Assembly (NCBI GenBank): GCA_964658305.1
Contig: OZ210884.1
Location: 8,184,001-8,248,000, forward strand
Source: Leptogorgia sarmentosa
Lineage: Eukaryota
Length of the DNA: 64,000 nt
Direction of reading: 5' to 3'
Of the stretch, positions 49,300-63,130 are shown piece by piece. A program made the translations under genes and the position numbers. The stretch's first letter is position 1. Each line of letters starts with the position of its first letter. The notes under the pieces are model-generated. The model was not told the origin of the DNA. It did not search any database and saw only the letters and a list, made by a program, of their open reading frames with translations.

Positions 49300-52200
49300 G
49301 CTTCAAAGCCACTTTCGATTCATCCAGAATATTAATAGAGACTTGGCCGATCCAATTATAGCTAGTATCAGTAGTATAAATTATACCAAAGTTGATTGAA
49401 TCCTGTAAACATTGTCACTTGTGTAATCTTTCTTTGGAGTAAAGAATGGAATAAAAAATAGAGATTGAAGTGATAACTTCATTTTTTTATCATTGGAAAA
49501 GGCAAAGAGTAGATGCAGGAGATGGACATGGCATGATGACAAATGAGCGAATCTTTCTTTCACGACTGGTAACAAGAACTTCAACCTTGATATTAAATTA
49601 ACAAGTCTCCCGATTAATCCTGGTTACACAGCAACATTACTACCAGTAATCTTTGGTAACCTTACAATAAATCATTTCCAATGTCTTTCGTTTGACATTT
49701 CTTGCCTGAGATGTGTTTTAAACAAACCACATAATTATCTCATCGTCTGGTACCTGTTTTGGTGATTTCAGTAACCCAATATACATAATCGAATTATAAT
49801 GATGGAGTCATATTAAGTTAAGAATTGATATTACTGGTGCTTTTCCTTCAAAACCACCTTCGAGTATGACCTACTCGACAAAATAACCACATGAGAGTAT
49901 GACCTACGGCTTACAAGGACTTAAACCAAGATATCAAATTGCATATTTCACCAAATAATCCTGGTAACACAGCGAAATGGGTGCAAAATAATCGCGGATC
50001 AAGAGAAATGGTGTATTTGCAGTATACTTAATAAATCTTTCTTCGCTTCATCCATTTCCAATCAAACAACAATTCATGGGATTTCCAAAGGTAGCAATTG
50101 CATAATTCGGCGAGGAAAGTGATTAAATATGTGGAAAACTTTGTGGGATACTGTGATAAGCAGCATATCAGCATATGTACATTGAATACTGGCACTTTAG
50201 CTTCACAGCCACTTTCATCCAGAATATTAATAGAGACTTGGCCGATCCAATTATAGCTAGTATGACTTATAATACCAAAGTCGATTGAATCCTGTAAACA
50301 TTGTCACTTGTATAATCTTTCTTTGGAGTAAAGAATGGGATAGAAAATAGAGATTGAAGTGATAACTTCATTTTTTTATCATTGGGAAAGGTAAAGAGTA
50401 GATGCAGGAGATAGACAAATGAGCGAATCTTTCTTTCACGACTGGTAACAAGAACTTCAACCTTGATATTATATTAACAAGTCCCCCGATTAATCCTGGT
50501 TACACAGCAACATTACTACCAGTAATCTTTGGTAACCTTACAATAAATCATTTCCAATGTCTTTCGTTTGACATTTCTTGCCTGAGATGTGTTTTGAAAG
50601 AACCACATAATTATCTCATCGTCTGGTACCTGTTTTGGTGATTTCAGTAACCCAATATACATAATGAAATTATAATGATGGAGTCATATTAAGTTAAGAA
50701 TTGATATTACTGGTGCTTTTCCTTCAAAACCACCTTCGAGTATGACCTACTCGACAAAATAACCACATGAGAGTATGACCTACGGCTTACAAGGACTTAA
50801 ACCAAGATATCAAATTGCATATTTCACCAAATAATTCTGGTAACACAGCGAAATGGGTGCAAAATAATCCCGGATCAAGAGAAATGCTGTATTTGCAGTA
50901 TACTTAATAAATCTTTCTTCGCTTAATCCATTTGCAATAAAACAACAATTCATGGGATTTCCAAAGGTAGCAATTGCATAATTCGGTGAGGAAAGTGATT
51001 AAATAGTGGAAAACTTTGTGGGATACTGTGATAAACAGCATATGTACATTGAATACTGGCACTTTAGCTTCAAAGCCACTTTCATCCAGAATATTAATAG
51101 AGACTTGGCCAATCCAATTATAGCTAGTATGACTTATAATACCAAAGTCGATTGAATCCTGTAAACATTGTCACTTGTATAATCTTTCTTTGGAGTAAAG
51201 AATGGGATAGAAAAAAAGATTGAAGTGATAACTTCATTTTTCTATCATTGGAAAAGGTAAAGAGTAGATGATGGCATGATGACAAATGAGCGAATCTTTC
51301 TTTCACGACTGGTAAGAAGAACTTCAACCTTGATATTAAATTAACAAGTCCCCCGATTAATCCTGGTTACACAGCAACATTACTACCAGTAATCTTTGGT
51401 AACCTTACAATAAATCATTTCCAATGTCTTTCGTTTGACACCAATATACATAATGGAATTATAATGATGGAGTCATATCAAGTTAAGAATTGATATTACT
51501 GGTGCTTTTCCTTCAAAACCACCTTCGAGTCTGACCTACTCGACAAAATAACCACCTTCGAGTATGACCTACTCGACAAAATAACCACCTTCGAGTATGA
51601 CCTACTCGACAAAATAACCACCTGAGAGTATGACCTACGGCTTACAAGGACTTAAACCAAGATATCAAATTGCATAATTCACCAAATAATCCTGGTAACA
51701 CAACGAAATGGGTGCAAAATAATCGCGGATCAAGAGAAATGGTGTATTTGCAGTATACTTAATAAACCTTTCTTCGCTTCATCCATTTCCAATCAAACAA
51801 CAATTCATGGGATTTCCAAAGGTAGCAATTGCATAATTCGTTGAGGAAAGTGATTAAATATGTGGAAAACTTTGTGGGATACTGTGATAAGCAGCATATG
51901 TACATTGAATACTGGCACTTTAGCTTCAAAGCCACTTTCATCCAGAATATTAATAGAGACTAGGCCGATCCAATTATAGCTAGTATGACTTATAATACCA
52001 AAGTCGATTGAATCCTGTAAACATTGTCACTTGTATAATCTTTCTTTGGAGTAAAGAATGGGATAGAAAATAGAGATTGAAGTGATAACTTCATTTTTTT
52101 ATCATTGGAAAAGGCAAAGAGTAGATGCAGGAGATAGACATGGCATGATGACAAATGAGCGAATCTTTCTTTCACGACAGGTAACAAGAACTTCAACCCT

Positions 52201-55200
52201 GATATTAAATTAACAAGTCCCCCGATTAATCCTGGTTACACAGCAACATTACTACCAGTAATCTTTGGCAACCTTACAATAAATCATTTCCAATGTCTTT
52301 CGTTTGACACCCAATATACATAATGGAATTATAATGATGGAGTCATATTAAGTTAAGAATTGATATTACTGGTGCTTTTCCTTCAAAACCACCTTCGAGT
52401 ATGACCTACTCGACAAAATAACCACCTGAGAGTATGACCTACGGCTTACAAGGACTTAAGCCAAGATATCAAATTGCATATTTCACCAAATAATCCTGGT
52501 AACACAGCGAAATGGGTGCAAAATGATCGCGGATCAAGAGAAATGGTGTATTTGCAGTATACTGAATAAATCTTCCTTCGCTTCATCCATTTCCAATCAA
52601 ACAACAATTCATGGGATTTCCAAAGGTAGCAATTGCATAATTCGGTGAGGAAAGTGATTAAATATGTGGAAAACTTTGTGGGATACTGTGATAAGCAGCA
52701 TATGTACATTGAATACTGGCACTTTAGCTTCAAAGCCACTTTCATCCAGAATATTAATAGAGACTTGGCCGTTCCAATTTTAGCTAGTATGACTTATAAT
52801 ACCAAAGTCGGTTGAATCCTGTAAACATTGTCACTTGTATAATCTTTCTTTGGAGAAAAGAATGGGATAGAAAATAGAGATTGAAGTGATAACTTCATTT
52901 TTTTATTATTGGAAAAGAGTAGATGCAGGAGATAGACATGGCATGATGACAAATGAGCGAATCTTTCTTTCACGACTGGTAACAAGAACTTCAACCTTGA
53001 TATTAAATTAACAAGTCCTCCGATTAATCCTGGTTACACAGCAACATTACTACCAGTAATCTTTGGTAACCTTACAATAAATCATTTCCAATGTCTTTCG
53101 TTTGACACCCAATATACATAATGGAATTATAATGATGCAGTCATACTAAGTTAAGAATTGATATTACTGGTGCTTTTCCTTCAAAACCACCTTCGAGTAT
53201 GACCTACTCGACAAAATAACCACCTGAGAGTATGACCTACGGCTTACAAGGACTTAAACCAAGATATCAAATTGCATATTTCACCAAATAATCCTCGTAA
53301 CACAGCGAAATGGGTGCAAAATAATCGCGGATAAAGAGAAATAGTGTATTTGCAGTATACTTAATAAATCTTTCTTCGCTTCATCCATTTCCAATCAAAC
53401 AACAATTCATGGGATTTCCAAAGGTAGCAATTGGATAATTCGGTGAGGAAAGTGATTAAATATTTGGAAAACTTTGTGGGATACTGTGATAAGCAGCATA
53501 TGTACATTGAATACTGGCACTTTAGCTTCAAAGCCACTTTCATCCAGAATATTAATAGAGACTTGGCCGATCCAATTATAGCTAGTATGACTTATAATAC
53601 CAAAGTCGATTGAATCCTGTAAACATTGTCGCTTGTATAATTTTTCTTTGGAGTTAAGAATGGGATAGAAAATAGAGATTGAAGTCATAACTTCATTTTT
53701 TTATTATTGGAAAAGAGTAGATGCAGGAGATAGACATGGCATGATGACAAATGAGCGAATCTTTCTTTCACGACAGGTAACAAGAACTTCAACCTTGATA
53801 TTAAATTAACAATTCCCCCGATTAATCCTGGTTACACAGCAACATTACTACCAGTAATCTTTGGTAACCTTACAATAAATCATTTCCAATGTCTTTCGTT
53901 TGAAACCCAATATACATAATGGAATTATAATGATGGAGCCATATCAAGTTAAGAATTGATATTACTGGTGCTTTTCCTTCAAAACCACCTTCGAGTATGA
54001 CCTACTCGACAAAATAACCACCTGAGAGTATGACCTACGGCTTACAAGGACTTAAACCAAGATATCAAATTGCATATTTCACCAAATAATCCTGGTAACA
54101 CAGCGAAATGGGTGCAAAATAATCGCGGATCAAGAGAAATGGTGTATTTGCAGTATACTGAATAAATCTTCCTTCGCTTCATCCATTTCCAATCAAACAA
54201 CAATTCATGGGATTTCCAAAGGTAGCAATTGCATAATTCGGTGAGGAAAGTGATTAAATATGTGGAAAACTTTGTGGGATACTGTGATAAGCAGCATATG
54301 TACATTGAATATTGGCACTTTTGCTTCAAAGCCACTTTCATCCAGAATATTAATAGAGACTTGGCCGATCCAATTATAGCTAGTATGACTTATAATACCA
54401 AAGTCGATTGAATCCTGTAAACATTGTCAATTGTATAATCTTTCTTTGGAGTAAAGAATGGGATAGAAAATAGAGATTGAAGTGATAACTTCATTTTTTT
54501 ATCATTGGAAAAGGTAAAGAGTAGATGCAGAAGATAGACATGGCATGATGACAAATGAGCGAATCTTTCTTTCACGACTGGTAACAAGAACTTCAACCTT
54601 GATATTAAATTAACAAGTCCCCCGATTAATCCTGGTTACACAGCAACATTACTACCAGTAATCTTTGGCAACCTTACAATAAATCATTTCCAATGTCTTT
54701 CGTTTGACACCCAATATACATAATGGAATTATAATGATGGAGTCATATCAAGTTAAGAATTGATATTACTGGTGCTTTTCCTTCAGAACCACCTTCGAGT
54801 ATGACCTACTCGACAAAATAACCACCTGAGAAAATGACCTACGGCTTACAAGGACTTAAGCCAAGATATCAAATTGCATATTTCACCAAATAATCCTGGT
54901 AACACAGCGAAATGGGTGCAAAATAATCGCGGATCAAGAGAAATGGTGTATTTGCAGTATACTGAATAAATCTTCCTTCGCTTCATCCATTTCCAATCAA
55001 ACAACAATTCATGGCATTTCCAAAGGTAGCAATTGCATAATTCGGTGAGGAAAGTGATTAAATATGAGGGAAAATTTGTGGGATACTGTGATAAGCAGCA
55101 TATGTACATTGAATACTGGCACTTTAGCTTCAAAGCCACTTTCATCCAGAATATTAATAGAGACTTGGCCGTTCCAATTTTAGCTAGTATGACTTATAAT

Positions 55201-58200
55201 ACCAAAATCGATTGAATCCTGTAAACATTGTCACTTGTATAATCTTTCTTTGGAGTAAAGAATGGGATAGAAAATAGAGATTGAAGTGATAACTACATTT
55301 TTTTATCATTGGAAAAGGTAAAGAGTAGATGCAGGAGATAGACATGGCATGATGACAAATGAGCGACTCTTTCTTTCACGACTGGTAACAAGAACTTCAA
55401 CCTTGATATTAAATTAACAAGTCCCCCGATTAATCCTGGTTACACAGCAACATTACTACCAGTAATCTTTGGTAACCTTACAATAAATCATTTCCAATGT
55501 CTTTCGTTTGACACCCAATATACATAATGGAATTATAATGATGGAGTCATATCAAGTTAAGAATTGATATTACTGGTGCTTTTCCTTCAAAACCACCTTC
55601 GAGTATGACCTACTCGACAAAATAACCACCTGAGAGTATGACCTGCGGCTTACAAGGACTTAAACCAAGATATCAAATTGCATATTTCACCAAATAATCC
55701 GGGTAACACAGCGAAATGGGTGCAAAATAATCGCAGATCAAGAGAAATGGTGTATTTGCAGTATACTGAATAAATCTTCCTTAGCTTCATCCATTTCCAA
55801 TCAAACAACAATTAATGGGATTTCCAAAGGAAGCAATTGCATAATTCGGTGAGGAAAGTGATTAAATATGTGGAAAAGTTTGTGGGATACTGTGATAAGC
55901 AGCATATGTACATTGAATACTGGCACTTTAGCTTCAAAGCCACTTTCATCCAGAATATTAATAGAGACTTGGCCGTTCCAATTTTAGCTAGTATGACTTA
56001 TAATACCAAAGTCGATTGAATCCTGTAAACATTGTCACTTGTATAATCTTTCTTTGGAGTAAAGAATGGGATAGAAAATAGAGATTGAAGTGATAACTTC
56101 TTTTTTTTATCATTGGAAAAGGTAAAGAGTAGATGCAGGAGATAGACATGGCATGATGACAAATGAGCGAATCTTTCTTTCACGACTGGTAACAAGAACT
56201 TCAACCTTGATATTAAATTAACAAGTCCTCCGATTAATCCGGGTTACACAGCAACATTACTACCAGTAATCTTTGGTAACCTTACAATAAATCATTTCCA
56301 ATGTCTTTCGTTTGACACCCAATATACATAATGGAATTATAATGATGCAGTCATACTAAGTTAAGAATTGATATTACTGGTGCTTTTCCTTCAAAACCAC
56401 CTTCGAGTATGACCTACTCGACAAAATAACCACCTGAGAGTATGACCTACGGCTTACAAGGACTTAAACCAAGATATCAAATTGCATATTTCACCAAATA
56501 ATCCTGGTAACACAGCGAAATGGGTGCAAAATAATCGCAGATCAAGAGAAATGGTGTATTTGCAGTATACTGAATAAATCTTCCTTAGCTTCATCCATTT
56601 CCAATCAAACAACAATTAATGGGATTTCCAAAGGAAGCAATTGCATAATTCGGTGAGGAAAGTGATTAAATATGTGGAAAACTTTGTGGGATACTGTGAT
56701 AAGCAGCATATGTACATTGAATACTGGCACTTTAGCTTCAAAGCCACTTTCATCCAGAATATTAATAGAGACTTGGCGGATCCAATTATAGCTAGTATGA
56801 CTTATAGCAAAGTCGATTGAATCCTGTAAACATTGTCACTTGTATAATCTTTCTTTGGAGTAAAGAATGGAATAAAAAATAGAGATTGAAGTGATAACTT
56901 CATTTTTTTATCATTGGAAAAGGCAAAGAGTAGATGCAAGAGATAGACATGGCATGATGACAAATGAGCGAATCTTTCTTTCACGACTGGTAACAAGAAC
57001 TTCAACCTTGATATTAAATTAACAAGTCCCCCGATTAATCCTGGTTACACAGCAACATTACTACCAGTAATCTTTGGTAACCTTACAATAAATCATTTCC
57101 AATGTCTTTCGTTTGACATTTCTTGCCTGAGATGTGTTTTAAACAAACCACATAATTATCTCATCGTCTGGTACCTGTTTTGGTGATTTCAGTAACCCAA
57201 TATACATAATGGAATTATAATGATGGAGTCATATCAAGTTAAGAATTGATATTACTGGTGCTTTTCCTTCAAAACCACCTTCGAGTATGACCTACTCGAC
57301 AAAATAACCACCTGAGAGTATGACCTACGGCTTACAAGGAATGAAACCAAGACATCAAATTGCATATTTCACCAAATAATCCTGGTAACACAGCGAAATG
57401 GGTGCAAAATAATCGCGGATCAAGAGAAATGGTGTATTTGCAACATACTTAATAAATCTTTCTTCGCTTCATCCATTTCCAATCAAACAACAATTCATGG
57501 GATTTCCAAAGGTAGCAATTGCATAATTCGGTGAGGAAAGTGATTAAATATGTGGAAAACTTTGTGGGATACTGTGATAAGCAGCATATGTACATTGAAT
57601 ACTGGCACTTTAGCTTCAAAGCCACTTTCATCCAGAATATTACTACAGACTTGGCCGATCCAATTATAGCTAGTATGACTTATAATACCAAAGTCGATTG
57701 AATCCTGTAAACATTGTCACTTGTATAATCTTTCTTTGGAGTAAAGAATGGGATAGAAAAAAAGATTGAAGTTATAACTTCATTTTTTTATCATTGGAAA
57801 AGGCAAAGAGTACATGCAAGAGATAGACATGGCATGATGACAAATGAGCGAATCTTTCTTTCACGACTGGTAACAAGAACTTCAACCTTGATATTACATT
57901 AACAAGTCCCCCGATTAATCCTGGTTACACAGCAACATTACTACCAGTAATCTTTGGTAACCTTACAATAAATCATTTCCACTAATGTCTTTCGTTTGAC
58001 ACCCAATATACATAATGGAATTATAATGATGGAGTCATTTCAAGTTAAGAACTGATATTACTGGTGCTTTTCCTTCAAAACCACCTTCGAGTATGACCTA
58101 CTCGACAAAATAACCACCTGAGAGTATGACCTACGGCTTACAAGGACTTAAACCAAGATATCAAATTGCATATTTCACCAAATAATCCTGGTAACACAGC

Positions 58201-58865
58201 GAAATGGGTGCAAAATAATCGCGGATCAAGAGAAATGGTGTATTTGCAGTATACTTAATAAATCTTTCTTCGCTTCATCCATTTCCAATCAAACAACAAT
58301 TCATGGGATTTCCAAAGGTAGCAATTGTATAATTCGGTGAGGAAAGTGATTAAATATGTGGAAAACTTTGTGGGATACTGTGATAAGCAGCATATCAGCA
58401 TATGTACATTGAATACTGGCACTTTAGCTTCACAGCCACTTTCATCCAGAATATTAATAGAGACTTGGCCGATCCAATTATAGCTAGTATGACTTATAAT
58501 ACCAAAGTCAATTGAATCCTGTAAACATTGTCACTTGTATAATCTTTCTTTGGAGTAAAGAATGGGATAGAAAATAGAGATTGAAGTGATAAATTTATTT
58601 TTTTATCATTGGAAAAGGTAAAGAGTAAATGCAGGAGATAGACAAATGAGCGAATCTTTCTTTCACGACTGGTAACAAGAACTTCAACCTTGATATTAAA
58701 TTAACAAGTCCCCCGATTAATCCTCGTTACACAGCAACATTACTAACAGTAATCTTTGGTAACCTTACAATAAATCATTTCCAATGACTTTCGTTTGACA
58801 CCCAATATACATGAAAGTGATTAAATATGTGGAAAACTTTGTGGGATACTGTGATAAGCAGCATA
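49300..58865. repeat. ~800-890-bp tandem array (about 12 copies)
   Basis: Anchors at ~49394, 50284, 51151, 52006, 52811, 53609, 54406, 55210, 56014, 56815, 57696, 58510. Central periods 798-804 bp. Variants differ by a 77-bp segment and a 33-bp internal repeat. Confidence 0.95.
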
Positions 58866-58949
58866 TGTACAATAATCCGAACGTTCTGTGAGAATCCAAA
58901 TAACTTTTCTTGTCTAACATATTATTGCATGACAGTGAAGATAACTAAC

Positions 58950-59830
58950 GTAGGTGGCGGAACCCACATCGCCAATTCAAATTCGCCAATTGAATGCTAC
59001 ATATTCAGATACCAACACTAGAAGAGGTACGCCAAACACAGAAGAATCGAGGCAATAGATAATCACCAATCCAAAACACGGACCAAGCCAATAAAAACTA
59101 AGCAATCCCAAACAACGACCATACAAACGCAAACATCCGAAAACAAACAACCAAACCCAAATATTCACCCTACCAACTCCCACCACCCAAACTCAAACCG
59201 CCCAAAGAATCCCAACCAACCCAGAACATTCACTCTCCAAAACCGCCAACCCCCAAAAAAACCCAGCCTAAACTATTTACCCTACCAACCCCCCACCCAC
59301 ATATTTTTAGCCCTCCCAACCCCCCGCCCCCAACCCCCCGATAAAAACCAACCCAAACTATTTACCTACAAACTATTTACCCTACCAACCCCTCACCCCC
59401 AACCCCCCAATTTTTAACCCTCCCACCCCCCCCCCGCCCCCAACCCCCGATAAAAACCCGCCCAAACTATTTACCTACAAACTATTTTCCCTACCAACCC
59501 CCCACCCCCAAATTTTTAACCCTCCCACCCCCCGCCCCCAACCCCCCGATAAAAACCCGCCCAAACTATTTACCTACAAACTATTTACCCTACCAACCCC
59601 CCACCCCCAACCCCCAAATTTTTAACCCTCCCACCCCCAGCCCCCCCTATAAAAACCAACCCAAACTATTTACCCTCCCAACTAAACCTTTACCCTCCCC
59701 CCCCGACAAAAACCAACTAACCCAAAACAATCAAACCTCAACCCCACATACCGAATAAAAACCAAAAAAAAAATTCTGCTAAACCTGCCAGCAGCAAAAT
59801 AAAAACCAACGAAGCCACAAAAATAAAATG
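58950..59830. repeat. C/A-rich insert, long copy with internal ~110-120-bp C-run repeats
   Basis: Repeated cccaaactatttacctacaaactatttaccctaccaacccccc...cccccgataaaaacc; dense G-runs on the minus strand. Confidence 0.88.
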
Positions 59831-61649
59831 AGAAAGCTGGACCCACAATAATACAATCAGAAAGGTATCCTAACCAGCATCGTACTTAAGAATTTGATTG
59901 ACTTAACATCATTCAACTTAACGAGCACGTAGTTAGCGAAAGTTGCTAGAGAAAAGTAACCTTTAACTACTTGGTAACTCCAAGTTCAACAATATCAAAT
60001 TGTGACGTTCTCCAACATGAGTCGATAGTAAGCCGGCATCATATGTGATGGTGTCTGACTTTTCTTGCTTCACATGTGTTCTCAATAAGCAAATGATTTC
60101 GAATACGTCATATTTTCCAACGTGTATTGGTGTTGCCCATAGCTTCAATTAACATACATAATTTCAGATTAGCAGAGTACTGAATGGAATTCCAAATAAG
60201 TTGAGCGTTGATGTTAACCATTGATGGTCTTTGACTGGCAGAATATTAAAGAGACTTGCCTGATCCAAACATTGTCACTTATCATTCCTTGAAGTAATAA
60301 ATGGGACGGGAAAGAGACATCGAAGGTGATATAAAAATTCACTTATCTTTGCTCAACTTAGATACATAAGGAAGAGATATATGGCATGATAAAAAATGGC
60401 CATATCTGGCTATAGTTGCTAGGATTTCTAAGGAAGGGGTATGTTAATACCATTATTAGCTCACTTTCCCTACTGGTAACTGGAAATGTTGTATTAATTG
60501 CGAAGATCTCCAATTAATCCTGTTAGCAAAGCAACATGACTGGATGGTAATCTGGTATCATATGAGATGATTTCTAATCCTGGTAGTACACGGAACTATT
60601 TCCTCCCATTAATCATAAGTAACCTTACAATAAGTCATTTCCTCCATATTCACATCTCTCCAATGTTTTTCGACTGCATTTCCTTGCCTGACATGTATTT
60701 TATATACTCCAATTTTGGGAAGTATAAGGAACGGATATGACGATTCTCTATCTATTCACAACTTACTAACCAATAGGAATCGTTGAATTATTCTCAGGAG
60801 TTGATAACAATGAAATGTGAATCCCACCAGCATAAATGATAGATAATTTCAGCTTAGCATACATAATCAACGGCAAATCATTGATGTTACTGGCGCTTTT
60901 TCCTTCAAAACTATCTTCACCCAGAATATATTAAAAGACACTTGCCTGGTCCAACATTGACTAGTGCGACTTATACCAAAGTTCATACCATCCTCTAAAC
61001 ATTGTCACTTGTGTAATCTTTCTTTTGAGTAATATATCGGATGGAAAAGAGACATGGAAGGAGATAAAAAATTCAACATAAGGCCGTATAGATACATCAG
61101 GAAGAGATTACATGACAAGAAATAACCCTATCTTCCTATAATTACCGAGTTTTCTAAAGAAGGGGTAAGTTAATATCATTCCTGGTTAAACTTTCACTAC
61201 TGCGAACTGGAACTTGAATTATCGCATCACATCGCGAAAATCTCCAATTAATCCTTGTAGCAAAGAAACATGACTGGATGGTAATCTGGCATCATATGAG
61301 ATCATTGAGATGATTTCTAATCTTGTTAGTGCACGGAACTATTTCCTCCCATTAATCATTTGTAACCTCACAATAAATCATTTCCTCCATTTTCACTTCT
61401 CCCCAATGTCATTCGACTGACTTTCCTTGCCTGACATGTGTTTTAAATAAAAGACTCAATTACGCCTCATTAAGTGGTGCCTGTTTTGGTGATGTCAACG
61501 GAATATGATTCATACAGCATAGATAATATCAGTTTGGCGCAATAATGAATGGAATGATAATTTGCTTCAAAACCACTTTCATCCAGAATATTAATAGCGA
61601 CTTGGCTGATCCAATAATAGCTAGTATGAATTATACGAAACTTGATTGA

Positions 61650-63130
61650 AAACATTGTCACTTGTCCAATCTTTCTTTGGAGCAATAGATCGGATGGAAA
61701 AGAGACATCGAAGGTGATAAAAAATGAACATAAGGAGTAGATACTTCAGGAAGGGATGGCATGATAACAAATAACTCTATCTTGCTATAGTTACAAAGTT
61801 TTCTAATGAAGTAAGTAGTGATCCTCTAAACATTTTCACTTGTCCAATCTTTCTTTGGAGCAATATATCGGATGGAAACTGAGAGACATTGAAGGTGATA
61901 AGAAATCAACATAAGGAGTAGATACCTCAGGAAGAGATGGCATGATAACAAATAACTCTATCTTGCTATAGTTACAAAGTTTTCTAATGAAGTAAGTAGT
62001 AATCCTGTAAACATTGTCACTTCTCCAATCTTTCTTTGGAGCAATATATCGGATGGAAGAGACATCGAAGGTGATAAGAAATCAACATAAGGAGTAGATA
62101 CCTCAGGAAGAGTTGGCATGATAACAAATAACTCTATCTTGCTATAGTTACCGAGTTTCTAACGAAGTAAGTAGTAATCCTGTAAACATTGTCACTTGTC
62201 CAATCTTTCTTTGGAGCAAGATATCGGATGGAAAAGAGACATCGAAGATGATAAGAAATCAACATAAGGAGTAGATACCTCAGGAAGAGATGGCATGATA
62301 ACAAATAACCCAATCTTGCTATAGTTACCGAGTTTTCTAGCGAAGTAGAAAGTAATCCTGTAAACATTGTCACTTGTCCAATCTTTCTTTGGAGGAATAT
62401 ATCGGATGGAAAAGAGTCATCGAAGGTGATATAAAAAATCAACATAAGGAGTAGATACCTCAGGAAGAGATGGCATGATAACAAATAACCCAATCTTGCT
62501 ATAGTTACCGAGTTTTCTAGCGAAGTAGAAAGTAATCCTGTAAACAGTGTCACTTGTCCAATCTTTCTTTGGAGGAATATATCGGATGGAAAAGAGACAT
62601 CGAAGGTGATATAAAAAATCAACATAAGGAGTAGATACCTCAGGAAGAGATAGCATGATAATAAATAACCCAATCTTGCTATAGTTACCGAGTTTTCTAG
62701 CGAAGTAAGTAGTAATCCTGTAAACATTGTCACTTGTCCAATCTTTCTTTGGAGCAATATATCGGATGGAAAAGAGACATCGAAGGTGATAAAAAATCAA
62801 TATAAGAAGTAGATACCTCAGGAAGAGTTGGCATGATAACAAATAACTCTGTCTTGCTATAGTTACCGAGTTTTCTAACGAAGTAAGTAGTAATCCTGTA
62901 AACATTTTCACTTGTTCAATCTTTCTTTGGGGCAATATATCGGATGGAAAAGAGACATCGAAGGTGGAAAAAAATCAACATAAGGAGTAGATACCTCTGT
63001 AAGAGATGGCATGATAACAAATAACCCTATCTTGCTATAGTTACCGAGTTTTCTAACGAAGTAAGTAGTAATCCTGTAAACATTTTCACTTGTTCAATCT
63101 TTCTTTGGAGTAAACAATTGCATGGAAGAG
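61650..63130. repeat. ~178-bp monomer array, block 2 (resumes at ~63801)
   Basis: Starts at ~61650, 61826, 62007, 62182, 62360, 62540, 62720, 62898, 63076, then 63801 and 63980. Confidence 0.93.

Noticed and set aside
51759..57701. Recurrent 60-99-aa ORFs (MKVALKLK.., MKFLLPVV.., MHNSVRK..)
   Set aside because: They recur only because the DNA unit repeats; stops and frameshifts vary between copies. Treated as a possible coding fossil, not as genes.
59220..59760. Telomeric repeat or mitochondrial control region
   Set aside because: No tandem TTAGGG-type array (only isolated taaccc) and no mitochondrial genes or tRNAs nearby.
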